In this document: positions 25,810-38,162 of the stretch, one piece after another
Layout: every line of letters begins with the position of its first letter
Position numbering within the stretch: position 1 is the first letter of the stretch
Position numbers and translations under genes: made by a program
Assembly: GCA_000934665.2 (NCBI GenBank)
Contig: KZ538299.1
Span: 1 to 64,000 of the forward strand
Direction: 5' to 3'
Length of the DNA: 64,000 nt
Origin: Catajapyx aquilonaris
Lineage: Eukaryota
Notes under the pieces: generated by a model
The model's input: the letters and a program-made list of their open reading frames with translations, nothing else
What the model was told of the DNA's origin: nothing
Databases searched by the model: none

Positions 25810-27725
25810 ATGTCGGGGTTAACTCCAATTGTAAGTCGAATCCGCAATTAAAAGTACGATGGCAGTAACGCTTACTTACTATTGCAGAAGGTGTACCGGC
25901 ACAAGCTACCTGCACGTAAGTCGACGTCGAACGTATTATTCTACCGGCTAATTTGTCTAATGGATGTTTCCGTACGCAGTCCGGACGAAGACGTCGCTTA
26001 TGGGGGCCGCGTACTTGCGAAGAGCGAGAGCGACTCGTACCCCGAGGGCTCCTCCGACATCAGCTCGGAAGCAGGACATGTGCCTGTTGCCTCCCATACT
26101 GGCAGGTCCACCAGCCAAGGTACGGCACAAGCATCATGCGACGACTATGCCCGACTGGGGACCCAGGGCGGAACCGGACGGACTGCACATGCTGGCTTCC
26201 GCAATGCGTACGTGACATGTAAACATTAACGGGCAGTACCTAACATGCGATTACGCAGGTGGCGAGCGGGTGCGTCCGTTGTACCACATGAAGTGGGACA
26301 AGGCGGGACAGCCGACAAAGTACATGGAAAGCGCAATGTCGCTCCAAAGCGCCAGGATGACGCCGTCTGTCCGATTCCTGCTTCCGCCGGACGGAGCCCG
26401 GTCGTTCCATTCCACCCCGTCCATCTCGCCTTCCTCACTGATGCACGTTCCGGTGATGGTCTCGATCCCGAATATTTACAACTACATGAAAGTGGTGCGC
26501 CGTAAGCCGAACATGGAGTGGCTGGACCGTCCCTCGAACGTGAAGGACGCACTGCATCTGCACAAGGGGAAGCATCCGGCCGGACGGTTCGCTCGGCCAA
26601 CATGCAGCTGCTTCTGTCGGCATGGTTCGCAACACAAGGAGGACGTACAGTACCGCGACTACAAGCGGTGGGCAGCGGACAAACAGGACGTGGAGAAGAG
26701 GAAGGAGGAGCTGAAGGCGGACAGCACAACAGTGGCTGGCGAACATCTCTATGTAAGTCGTACGCTCCGTTCTGGTGACGAACCGAACTAACTGACGTAT
26801 CTCGCAGGAAAAATTCCCGTCGCTTCTGGTGGCTGAAGCAGCAAAGTTCATGTCCCGCAAGGCGCTTCTCAGGTTCTTCCGTGCCTATCGAGCAGCCGAG
26901 ACAATCCTGCAGGCACAGATAACCAACATGGAGGCTCGTGTGGCTAGGGAGAAGGAAATAATGGAGCTGATACACGCGGAGAACGAGAAAATGTTCCGGA
27001 AGCTGGAGCACGAGGAGGACTGGTACCACTCGCAAGTGATGGGCCTGGAGGAGCGGTACGTGCAGCTCAGCAAGCTGGCACACGCCAAGAAGCAGCACCT
27101 GGCCCAAATCTCTCCACTGGACGTCAAACCGGGTCGTTCGGAAACTGAGCTGCTGATATACAAGGAGCAGTGCCAGATTGCAACGCTGAAGGAAAGGATA
27201 ACCGAAGTACAGCAGCAAGCAAAGCGGGACAAGATGGAGTACGACAAGCAGGTCGCACTCCACCAGGAAATAAAGTCGTCAAAGGACATCCCGAACCTGC
27301 GCGCCCTACTCGAGAAGACAAAGCAGGAAGGCGAGCAGGAGCTGCAGCGACTGTCCAAACTGTTCGAGTCGCAACTGAATGGGCTCCGGCAAAAGTGCGA
27401 CTTTGATCGCGAGCTTCCGGTGGACAAGTCGTACGACGAGGCCCTATCGCAGGTCGACCCATACTGGATCGTACTCAATCAGGTCAACAAATTCCACGGG
27501 GAATATTCATACATATGCGACGGAGACATAACGGCTCTGGAGGATGAGATACGTCAGCTGGAGCGGGACATCCGGGAGCTAACGGACTCCAGAAACGAGG
27601 AGCAAGACAAGTGGGAAAGGCGTCTGGACGTTAAGCTAAATCTCCGGGGTATGTCAGACCAAGCGCCATGTACGCCAGGACGGGACTTGGAACTGAACGT
27701 TCCATTGAGGGAACCGAAAGGATAG
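25810..27725 (+). CDS. Uncharacterised protein with a C-terminal coiled coil, possibly CCDC83/DUF4515-like; exons 25810-25830, 25888-25915, 25980-26207, 26259-26752, 26808-27725
   Basis: Five exons join in frame through GT-AG introns. The C-terminal heptad region ALSQVDPYWIVLNQVNKF...ITALEDEIRQLE resembles CCDC83 spacing from memory only. The gene model is firmer than the family call. Confidence 0.6.
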
Positions 27726-28297
27726 GACAAAATTGAACCGCGATACGGAAATAAATCCAGGCATATTTTGGTGGGAGCGGGGCTCCACAACCAGGGCATT
27801 TACTCAATTTGTCTTTTTTTTTTCTTCTGCTCCTCTTTCTTTCCCTCCGTGGGACTGTACAATTTAGGGACTTCAGAGGGAACGGGGATGCGTGCGTGTG
27901 TGTGTGTGAGAAGAAAGAAAATAAAAACTGGACATATCAATAACTTTTTGCTTTTTAAACTCGTTTGACTAACACGGGCTTCCCTTTGCCAGCACCTTCG
28001 ACTTTCCCCCCAAACAAATGTGACAATTTAGACGGTGCTTTCCAGACAAACGGAGGCCAGCAAAGGGCCACCTAATTATCGGAACGCAAGACGACTCCAG
28101 CATTTTTTCCTCTTCTTCCGGTTGTAATCATTATTGTTTGCCTGCTTGCCTAGCCTATGTGGCTAGGTGATTACGACAAAAACAAAAAAAAAAGCAAGAG
28201 GCGATAACAGTAAATCCCCCCTCCCCCAAAAAAACAACGGAGTCGCCTTGCGGACCAAAAAAGACCCTTCTCATTTTTCGCTACTTTCTTCCTCGTT

Positions 28298-28931
28298 TTA
28301 CTTCTTCCAGCAGTTGTTTTCATAATCGTACTTGCTAGCAACCCCATCAACTGGGTTCATCCTCAAGTCGACAATGCGCTGCAGCTGCGCCTTCTGCCTC
28401 TCCAGATCGAAAGTCTCAGGCATGGGTGAATACACTGGAAAGAAACGCAAAATGTAAGCATCCGGTATTAAAGGTACGATTCATTTTTAAAAAAAGCAAC
28501 TGACCGAATGTCTTCATCCACATATAGGACCAGATGGATAGGGAGATGCCGATGAGCCCGAGGCCGAGGATGGACTTCCACTCTCCTGTGGGGGCCTTCA
28601 TCTCCGCAAAGGTCTGGCAGAAGGAGGCGCGGTAGAGGGCCTTCTTCTCCTCCAGGGTCAGCTTCTTCCAGTCCCCCTTCTCCTTCTCCCTCAGGGCCTG
28701 GATGTCCGGAGTGGTCTCCCGGAAGCGGATGGCAGGCAGCGGGAAGTCCGATCTGTCCACGTAGTTGGCCGACCCATTGTAGCCGAACCCAACCACTTCC
28801 CGGTTCCCGATGCGGCTGCGGGAGTGGTAGCTGGCGGTGGGAACCAGGCGGAGGACTGTCAGGCAGTTGGTGCCCGACGGGAGGTAGTTGCGGAGGAGGG
28901 GAAGCCGCCGGAGTATGACCAGGCTCGCCAT
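28298..28931 (-). CDS. COX4: Cytochrome c oxidase subunit 4; exons 28505-28931 and 28298-28434
   Basis: Arg/Leu-rich mitochondrial presequence; IGNREVVGFGYNG..YVDRSDFPLPAIRF; LREKEKGDWKKLTLEEKKALYRASFCQTFAEM; TM helix; C-terminus NPVDGVASKYDYENNCWKK*. Confidence 0.97.
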
Positions 28932-28984
28932 GTCCGTGGAATTAAGGTCTTGCTCCTAGGTCTCCTGAAATTAGGCCATGGGTT

Positions 28985-29650
28985 GACAATGACATAGACC
29001 TAACAAAGTTGGTTGCGATCGGATGCGACAGAGCAGCTGTAAACACAGGCGTCAAAGGAGGTGTTATACGAAACATGGAACTAATCCTGAAGCATCCACT
29101 ACAATGGTTTGTGTGCCAGTTACACGCCAACGAGCTTCCACTACGTGTGTGATTTGAAAGACGTCATCGACCCTGTTATTAAAAGAAACTGGTGTTTTGG
29201 CCATACTGAAAATGTCCTGATGTCAATGCTGGCTGACGAGAGAAGTGACGTAAAGGAATTGGCCCTTCGAAGAATCCCGAAAGCGCGCAAAGTCAAACGG
29301 TCTGCTGCAAGCATTGCAATGAATAATATCCGTATCTTCAAGTTACTAGAATTTGACCTTTGTGCGACAGATTATGTGGACTTGATTAAGTGGGAAAATG
29401 TGACTGAGCCCCCACTGACTGAACGATTTAATGATGACACGATTTCAGAAGCAATGGTAAATCATTCAGGCGGCCATCCTACCTACCATCATGGAGTTTC
29501 CCTGCCACACTCAAGCTACAGAACGAGTAGTCAAAATCTACTGCTGCTGCTGTATGTGGACCATGCAGAAGAGACGGATTTATAAAAAATCGCCTGGAAT
29601 CATGAAAACTCATGCCACTTTTCAACACCAAATGTGATTACCGTCCACTG
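28985..29650 (+). pseudogene. Degenerate, internally deleted DDE DNA-transposase fragment
   Basis: LVAIGCD(R)AAVNTGVKGGVIR...LQWFVCQLHANELPLR (CxxH motif) is fused directly to DPVIKRN..FGHTENVLMSMLADER...TEPPLT, followed by a frameshifted FPCHTQATER-like tail. Confidence 0.75.
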
Positions 29651-29747
29651 TAATTTCGATGGCTTTTTAGGTTTTCCTTAATTTAATGCTAAAGTAACTG
29701 TTCAGTTTATCTGTTTAGAACATCTTTTCTGCACAGGTAGGTTTTGA

Positions 29748-29811
<64 letters not shown>
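29748..29811. repeat. (AAT)n microsatellite
   Basis: About 21 perfect AAT units. Confidence 0.95.
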
Positions 29812-30647
29812 TTTTTAAAAATCGATCCACCCTAAAGGATAATCCAAAACGTAGGTAATAAGCACCTGGATAATCAGAAGTACAGTGTATTTATTTCTTT
29901 TTAAAAAAAGTTGATGGTAAATATTTCATTCACGTTGGGCTCTCTACTGCAGATGTTATAAATAACATGTTCCATGTTATGTAATCGTACAGCTAGCATG
30001 TGCCACAGTGTGATGTAATATTGTCGCAGTTACGTAACATGTGATGAATTCATATGGTTTAATGAACCTCACATTAAATGACATTTACATCTCCATAATA
30101 TTAACATTTTAAATAATGTGTCACCTACACATTGATATCAGAATTTACTTGTCTTTTAGAATGTTGATCTAAGGAATTAAATCAAAATACTGGGAATTAC
30201 TACAGCTGCTATTACTAGGTGCCATTGGCCCATGCCTGCTGGACTACATAAAAAATGGGTCAAAATATTCGAGATGCAATGCTAATTGCTCTAATGGGAT
30301 ACTCCTAATTAGCAATCCATAGCATAAACTCAACCAGTCCACATTTTTCAAAAAAATTATAACTAATTAAATACAAAATAAATTCACTAAAATATAAAAT
30401 AAAATGTTTTTTAAATGATAACTTAAATAGTAATAAAGCAAATGAAATAAGTCATAAAATAACAAAATAAAAACGCTCAGTATATAAAATATGAACAAAT
30501 GAAATAAAATACGAATAAAATAATATAAAGTAAAATAATAAATAGTTTTTTTTCCTTACTTGTACCCCGTTCTCGGGCCTGGGCCCTTTTTAGGGGGGTG
30601 GAAATACCACCATCTTTTGGAACCATACAATATGATATTGTTTAATT

Positions 30648-30915
30648 GGGGGGAGGTGTGGTGGCCGAGATGGTAACGTCTCGGCTTGCTGAGCGAAAGG
30701 TCCCAGGTTCGATCCCCGCCTGGGAGCTCCCTTTCACCTGCGTCGGGAGGGTCTCTGACCTGCACCAAGGAGGTGTCTGGCTACCTAACCTCCTGGGGGA
30801 CTGCACGTGACCCAGCGCTTGACAATGCAGCTGCACAAGTGTCCCTTCCCCAACAATCCCTATCCCTACCCCATATCCCAAAGTCCTTGCACGGAGATTA
30901 AAGTAAAACGGAAAA
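30648..30915 (+). mobile_element. tRNA-derived SINE
   Basis: Box A TGGCCGAGATGG and box B GGTTCGATCCC in a tRNA-like head, then a ~180-nt non-tRNA body and an A-rich tail, set in AT-rich flanks. Confidence 0.75.
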
Positions 30916-30981
30916 ATTATTTCTAAAATGGTGGTAATCCACTCCCCTATAAACCCTAATCTGGTTATCACGAGATAATAG

Positions 30982-31230
30982 AAAAAAAAGTTTAATAATT
31001 GGTCCAAGGGTATGTAGGAGGGGATGTGCAAATTGCAAGTGCAATGTCGCATATTGGTCATTTTGTGAACTCCCCCGGGTGGATCAGTCTAGCAGAAATT
31101 TCCACCCGAGACGAAGCCAGAGATGGACCAACTCTGCAAGAGATGATGGGGGGAATCCCGGGCTGGAATCGAACCCGGGACCTTAACATCCGTGGGTGCG
31201 TACGTTACCGCAGCACCACTCCACCTCCCT
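30982..31230 (-). mobile_element. tRNA-derived SINE, a related but diverged family member
   Basis: Minus-strand head GGGAGGTGGAGTGGTGCTGCGGTAACGT...AAGGTCCCGGGTTCGATTCC. The head and the body motif CC.GGGGGA...TGACC...GACA.TGCA are shared with the + copy. Confidence 0.7.
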
Positions 31231-31686
31231 TAAATTAATAATTATTAATAAAATATAAACATTTACTACAGAGTAACTCCTTAAAAATAAGCACCAAAAT
31301 ATTGGTAGAATTTCACTTTAAATAATTGCACAGCCTGCATGGGAACCACAGTAGCTTTTTCCTATCATTTCTTTCCATTCCATTCACGTTCCATGCAGCT
31401 CACTAAAAACAAGCCCAAAAAATTCAGGAACAAGCCACAGCGCCATCAATTCTCTGGTTAACGACCCTTTGAAGGCAACAACCAGTACCAGGTCTTAGAA
31501 CCAGTCCCATTCCACCCCCTGCGACATTGAGAACCAGGAAAAGAAGAATTCGAACACGACCTCGCCACGAATATTCTCCTTTTCGGGCATGTCCTTCCTT
31601 CACCTCCTGGCTGGCACCTCGCCCGCCCGAACACCAAGTGGCCGCACCCTACGTTTAGAACCAAGACTGAAGCCAAATCCAGCTCA

Positions 31687-32300
31687 CCTGCCGGGGGGGA
31701 ATCGGGCCCTTCTTCCTAGTCTCCCGGTCTTCGATTCTCTTCCCTTCCTCTTCTCAGGCCGAGGGAAGGAAGAGCAAGATGGCGGACAGGGGAACCGAGT
31801 GATGTAGTGTCCACCTCGGCCACCAGGCGGCCACTCTTCGATTTTTTTTAAAAAAAATAATATTTATAATAATTTGTTATCAATTCGAATAACCACGGTG
31901 TGATCCCCCTAATTCGAATTATTTTGTTGACACATTTTGCACTCTTTTAATTGTTAATCGCTGTTTGCAAACTTTGGAGGGGGGATTGTCCGAATCGGGT
32001 GGGTTGGTGACGTCATGCAGATTTCGGACGCGGCAGTACATATGGCAGCGGATTTTCAGGTGAAATGTTGGGTTTTTCGCACTGGTTTCAAGGGGATTTT
32101 GCACGGATCGCAGGGGATTTGCACGGGTTTGCACGATTTATCATGCTGGTATGGGTAGCAGGAAAGACTCGCATGAGCTGAAAAGGCATCGGATTTGCTA
32201 ATCGAGTGTTGGGTTTCTGAGTGATTCGCATTGTTTTTTGTTTTTTTGCGAGGATTTGCCCGGTTTTTTGCAAACTTATTGTGATTCCAGCAGAGTCCAC
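31687..32300. promoter_or_regulatory. Probable bidirectional promoter for COX4 (non-coding exon 1, minus strand) and SYS1
   Basis: The minus-strand donor CAG|GTGAG near 31687 pairs with the acceptor at 28965 just upstream of the COX4 ATG. YY1-like AAGATGGCGG at ~31776 and CRE TGACGTCA at ~32008. Confidence 0.5.
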
Positions 32301-32316
32301 TGCCATTGTGTGAGAG

Positions 32317-32840
32317 ATGTCTGGCCAGTTCCGCTTCACCGTGTGGGATCCGCTGCTCATCGTGTCTCAGATTGTGGCCATGCAGTCCCTCTTTTATGTG
32401 ACACTCGGTGTTTGGACAGTCGCAGTTGACCTCCTGACCGGACAGCCCTTCACGCTTGACCACTTCTTCAGCCTGGGACTCATAACGATGAAGGACGTGC
32501 ATGGGATCCTCGTTGTCGTTACGTTCGTACTAAACGCGCTCTCAAGGTACGCTGCGTACAATGTCGTCATAACAAATGTTAACGTGGACTCCGTTGCAGC
32601 TCTTTAGTCCTGTGGTGGGTTGTGCGGCGGACCAAGCAATGCTTGGACTTCACAGCAACGATGCACTTCTTACACCTCCTGGCCTGCTGGTTCTACGAGG
32701 GAGCGTTCCCAGTCTCGCTCTCGTGGTGGCTCCTTCAAGCAGCATGCATTACGTTAACGTGCGTGTTGGGAGAGTTTCTCTGCCTCAGATCGGAGCTGAG
32801 GGCCATCCCGTTAGGAATGGGACCCAAAGCTGATCTGTAG
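32317..32840 (+). CDS. SYS1: SYS1 Golgi membrane trafficking protein; exons 32317-32546 and 32600-32840
   Basis: Motifs MSGQFRFTVWDPLLIVSQIVAMQSLFY, VRRTKQCLDFTATMHFLHL and LGEFLCLRSELRAIPL. AATAAA at ~32974. Confidence 0.95.
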
Positions 32841-33342
32841 TCACAAATTCTTCCGCCGAAGAATGAGCTCGAGGCGACCGATTCTTCCAAAGACCCTTTT
32901 CTGTGAAGCTGTACATAACGCATGTTATTTATTCCGTACAGGACAAAATGTAGGCGCATACAACAAAGAATGCAATAAATTTTGTACTGAACACTGATAT
33001 TGCTCTAAAAAAAAGGGAGGGAATGATCTAAGTTGTGCTAAATGCAAAAACCACTAACTAAGGGGACGGTTTTTTTTACAATTAAGGAAGGCACCACATG
33101 TTACAGGAAAAAAGGGGTGGAATTTTCATCCCACTGTTTGTTACTGCTAACGTAGCAGTACCAGTGTTGGCTGTGGTACTGCAGCTAAGTAAGCAGTACA
33201 CAGTAGCTGTGGGACGAAAATTCCACCCAAGCTTTAAAGTACTTAAAAGTCTGACTATGGCAGTCATTTTCTTTAACTGAATAAGTAAAAAGGCAAGTTT
33301 GCATGTAATCCTTAATTGGAACTGGAAGCAATCACTGGTGAT

Positions 33343-36300
33343 TCATTTGTGCACTGGTGACTCGGGTTCATCAGCTTCCTCGATCACCGAATCCAATTCC
33401 CATAGTTTGCGCTCCTGGAGAAGCTTATCTCTCACCTGCGAATTGTTAAGAAAAATTGTCACTAACAGCTCAACGTTTCAGTGACTTTCAGATGTTATCG
33501 GCGACACTTATTCCCAAGCAGACAACACAAGTGCATGCCAAAAATCAACCCCACCCACATTTCTCCGTGTCCACGTGACACGTTATCGGGAACTGTGTCA
33601 CACAAGTCACCTAAATCGGTGATGGCACCCCAGTCACCAACCTCGGCGGTGAGCCGCACTATCCTCCCTTCAATGCTGGGGGCCAACCGGGCCGTCTCCC
33701 TCTCCAGGTCGTCTAGTGACGTCTGGCGGGTCAGCTTGGGCCTCTCCCTTGGGATGCTGGTCTCCCTGGTGATGCCCAGTTCCTCCCGACTGGGCAGTGC
33801 GTCGACAGTGTCACCGGGACTGCTGGAGTGTGACAAGCATGAAGATTCCGATGGATTCGGAGACGCCATGACTGACAGTCCAACTGATCCGGAGCTGAAG
33901 TCGAGGGAGCGGAGGAGACTGTGACGCCTGGACAATGTCACCAAGCTCTGCCTGTGACGCGAATTGCGGCGAGTCATCCCCCGGTACATTTTAACGGACC
34001 GGAAGTGATTCTGGATGGACATGCACAGCTCAGGGGCAGCTTCCACACCAAGCTGATGGAAACGAGGTTTAAAAACCGGTTATGACATTTCTTATGACTA
34101 GACTCACCAACACTGGGCACTGCGTCAACACATCGTAACCATCCCTCCCGCTGGATAAGTACGCCTTCGTGACCAGCCTGTACTCCTGATCGTCCTCCAA
34201 GTATGAGTCTCCAATCTTGATTAAGCGAGGGTCGACCCTTTTCCCTACTTCAGCGTTGGGATCAAAAGCAAAGCTGCAGCCTGACACCTGCGGAAACCTT
34301 CCCTCCAGCCTGGGAAACTGGGACACGCTGTTCTCCAGAGCATTCACCAGCTGATGGCCCTTGATGCTCAGGACTATCATGTGGTCCAGCATGGGCAGGA
34401 CATGCAGGAGGTCGCGCATCGTGAAGGGTCCCGCAGGATGAACCCTGTCGGATCGAAGGGTGCCGGAGTTGAGCAAGGCGACGTCCGACTGAGTGGCGGC
34501 CAGCATCACGTCGCACACAAAGTTGCCCAGGTTGGTCTCTCCAGAACGGATTGAAGAGAAGCGGCCATCCAGTGGAACCGAGAACTCGCCCAGGACATCA
34601 TCTAGCTTCCCCTCCAACATATCTGAACAGTGACAATTAGGTCATAAATCATTCTCTCTTCGCAGCACTAGTTAAAAAGATGCACTGTAGAAGCTTAATT
34701 GGCTTGTGACATTCTACAAAATTGCAATGTCTTATTATGTGAATGCCCGTTCACATCTTAACGACCACACATTTACCCAACTTATTCGCATGTCCTTTTC
34801 AAAATAAATTGCCTTCAATGGAACGAGTTACATCATCGAGGATGGCAATTAAGGCCTATTATGACTACAAATTCATCCGTTTCCGGCTGCCGATGAAGTT
34901 CTGTGTCACTCAATCAACTTCTCGAAGACACCAAATTAATTGATTAGCACCGCATAATTAGCTTCATTAATTTTGCTGATATGAAAGCTGTTAGCAAAGT
35001 TATGAGTCGTGTTTAATTTCAGTTTCCATGTTACGCAAGGGCTCAAATGCGTGCTTCCTTCTGTAAATTGAGTTGTTACAATGCGCTTACGTGTGTACTT
35101 CTCCAACATATGGCTGAGCTCCTCGTCTTCCTCAAACTTTGACGTCACTTCGACCCTCTCGATATGAAAATCAGGTTTACCGTTTGGAAAAGTGATTGTA
35201 ATCGCTGAGAACTGACGGAAATCCGTCCCGCTCTTTAGCACGTACGTTCCGTTGATCTGGAAACCATGAGAAAATATAATGAGCGTTGAGTACGCACTTG
35301 ATCAATCAGGAGCATTTACCTTCTCCACCTCGTAGACATGGTCATGGCCGCCTAAAATGATGTCAATGTCATCCACTTCCTCAGCAAGACGAATATCATT
35401 AGGTGTGCGCATGTGGGTCAAGGCGATTATCAGGTCACATTTCTAAAATAAGCAGAGTCATGTAACGTGCTTGATTAAAACATTACGACCATCAAAATCT
35501 ACCTCTTCATCCCTCAATTGACGACACAACCGGCGTCCACACTCGACAAAGTCCTCGAAGGTGACTTCGTCCGGGTTAATGGTCGAGAGCGTGTCCAGCC
35601 ATTCCATCTCAACCAGTCCAATCTGGAGAAAAGCAACGTTAGAAAATATCTACACATCCATATGAACAAATTTACCAGTCCTATTTTCTTCCCAGCCCAT
35701 TCCATAACATGCGTCACTTTCCCATCGGCTAACGGAGCACCTGTTTCATTGTCCACTACGTTGGACATAAGCCATGGAAAAGTCGTCTTCTCCACAAGGT
35801 CCATCAGAATGTCTATGCCGAAATCTGAAAAGGTGACAAAATAAGTTGGCTTTGTTCCAGGTCCAATTATGAAACTTGAAGTGTGCTGTCTTTAGTTTTA
35901 ATGATTAAGCAACAGCACTAAGCCATGTGTAAATAGACGGATGTAATTAAATAAAGCTGTGCCAGATTTATTGACTGTTTGCCAATGGCTGCAAGTTGAT
36001 CTTTTTGAACGCTGCTAAAACCTTGTTAACTAGTCGATTTAGCACGTGACGTGCATAAGCAACAAGCAAGGACAAAAAGGTTAACATGTACCAAATTCAT
36101 GATTGCCGTACACAGCGCAATGAACTCCAAGCGACTCCAGAACCGGTATCATCTGCTCTCCTTGCGTGAAAGTACTCACTGCAAAGAAAAACGTACGTGA
36201 ACAATATTCTGCGACTTTCAAGTGAGAAAACTTACAAATGCTGGGCGCAAATATGTCGCCGCTGAATAGAACCAGCGGGTTCAAGTGCTGGTAAGTCTTG

Positions 36301-36410
36301 AAAGCGGCGCAGAATCTGGCAGCCCCTCCCACCGGCTCCATCTTCTGCGGCTCCACGTTGTACACATCATTGAAGTGCAGGATTGTCAGCGCGTCTGATT
36401 CCAACCCCAT
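33343..36410 (-). CDS. 5'-nucleotidase/apyrase-family metallophosphoesterase without signal peptide (CG11883/YfkN-like), multi-exon
   Basis: Motifs LTILHFNDVY, LFSGD, GNHEF, IALTHMR, ILGGHDH, ETNLGNFVCD, LNSGTLRSD and GRFPQVSG. Last exon VRDKLLQERK...PVHK* (TGA 33345-33343). Confidence 0.9.
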
Positions 36411-38162
36411 CGTTACCTGGGAACTATCGACAGAGCTATTAGTACAAGAAATTGCTCTTTACGACGCAGCAGGTTTTGGTGTAAAAAAGTAACTTTTAAA
36501 TTTAATATTAGTGTACGCGACTGTAATTAAGCGACTTACAAGCCACTTTTGAGCCGTTTAACCTCGGAAACTTCCCACAGCGGAAAACGTCTAAATGAAA
36601 AGCACCTATTAGCACTAATAAGTTTGTATGATATGTTTCTGCCAAGTAATAGAGCATGACACATGATTGCAACACTTCATTACATAAGCAGTGTGCCTGA
36701 TCACATTTCCAATCTGTGATAAGGCCTGCCAATCAATATTGAAACAATGGATATCGATCTCGGGGTTATGCATTCCACGGCGAAAAAAAAAAAAAAAAAG
36801 GCCAACCAAAGCCCTGAGGGTGTCCATGATTAATTAACTCACCTACAAATTAATTACTAATTAAGAACACGTTCTGATATGGAAGACTGTTTAGGACGTG
36901 TTGAAGGTTCGCTCCACCGTCTGTGTCTGGGCCGCCTTTTTCCCCTCCGTAAGCCAGCTCAGCCTCCCGACCTTGAAGGGCTGGGCCGGCCCTTGAGTAA
37001 TTAACAGTCTGAAGGCGAAGAAAAAAATTAATTAAAGAATGGAACGATTTTGCGGATCAGTCGCCATTTCGAAGCGCGCCTATTCGGACGCTCCCCCCAG
37101 TCGATCGAACGTCGGGTGTCCGACTTCAAATATCTGCAAATTTAAAGCCGAAAAATTGGCGTCGTTATTTTTTTTAAAGTGGATAAAAATTAGTAATTTT
37201 AATGTACGTATTTTGCCGCCGAATTTACGTGGGTTTGGAATTAATTGTGACGTAATCTGGCTGCTTCGATTTGACGCCAAAAATTCGAATTTTAGATCTG
37301 CACTATCTCTACAATATTTAATCACAATTATTGTCAATAATGTGGGTCAAACCTGTGACCTCATTGACTATTTCTGGCCATTACCTCATGCGATACTCAC
37401 CTGCACAAGAATTTTGTGCAACTTTGTTCAACAATATTAACAAAATTTGAAGAGTTGCCACTCTTGTATAATAAGTGTGCTGGGTCTAGACCAGGTCCAG
37501 TTTCCTTGTGAATGACTCCGGTGGCGCCCTGTGTCAAAAGCAAATGACGACAACAGGACAAAATAAAAATGAATGCGCCAAGTGCTAGCATTACAATATT
37601 TATTGCCACTATATTTCTCTTGTTATTGCACCCGTGAAAGAGTATCATCAAAAATGCATTAGTTAGTTTTTTGGTTTATTGGAATAGTTTGCAGACAAGA
37701 GACAATCAAACTACTCGATCACACCTAGTTATTATTTTTTTTAAATATAATGCGGTCATCTACCCCCAATCTTGTAACCCCCTTCAAACACTAATCAAAA
37801 AAACTTGACATGCACTAACAAATTTCGAAGCTTTTAGACTGGCTAAGCAGTATTGGAAAAATAAAACCACACGCACGCTTTGTGTACAATCCGAAAAACA
37901 AAAATCTTCCCTGCCAAAATTTTTCGAATCCGACTCATTCTCACAAGACTTGCATCCCACGCTTATTGGTGTGTGTGTGTGTGTGTGTGAAACGTGAACA
38001 TAAGACCAATGCAACAGGAAGATAGTTATTGAGTTTGTGTGTGTGTGCGCATGGCGGGGGGGAATTGACAACCAAAAATGATGGAAATTAGGAATAGCAA
38101 CAATTGACAGCAGGTCCATTAATTTTCTTTTCCATTCCCCTGGGACCTCCGGCTGTGCAAAT

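Noticed and set aside
25882..26229. 115-aa ORF as the N-terminus of the coiled-coil gene
   Set aside because: Splice phase into the exon at 26259 requires the frame of ORF 25964 instead.
26226..27478. Long antisense ORFs (345 aa, 197 aa)
   Set aside because: Shadow frames of a GC-rich coiled-coil CDS with no recognisable motifs. The same applies to antisense ORFs over GM130, CFAP47, the zinc-finger gene and the mucin exon.
30648..31230. Functional tRNA genes
   Set aside because: I could not fold a convincing acceptor stem or anticodon arm, and the heads run into long non-tRNA bodies, which fits SINEs.
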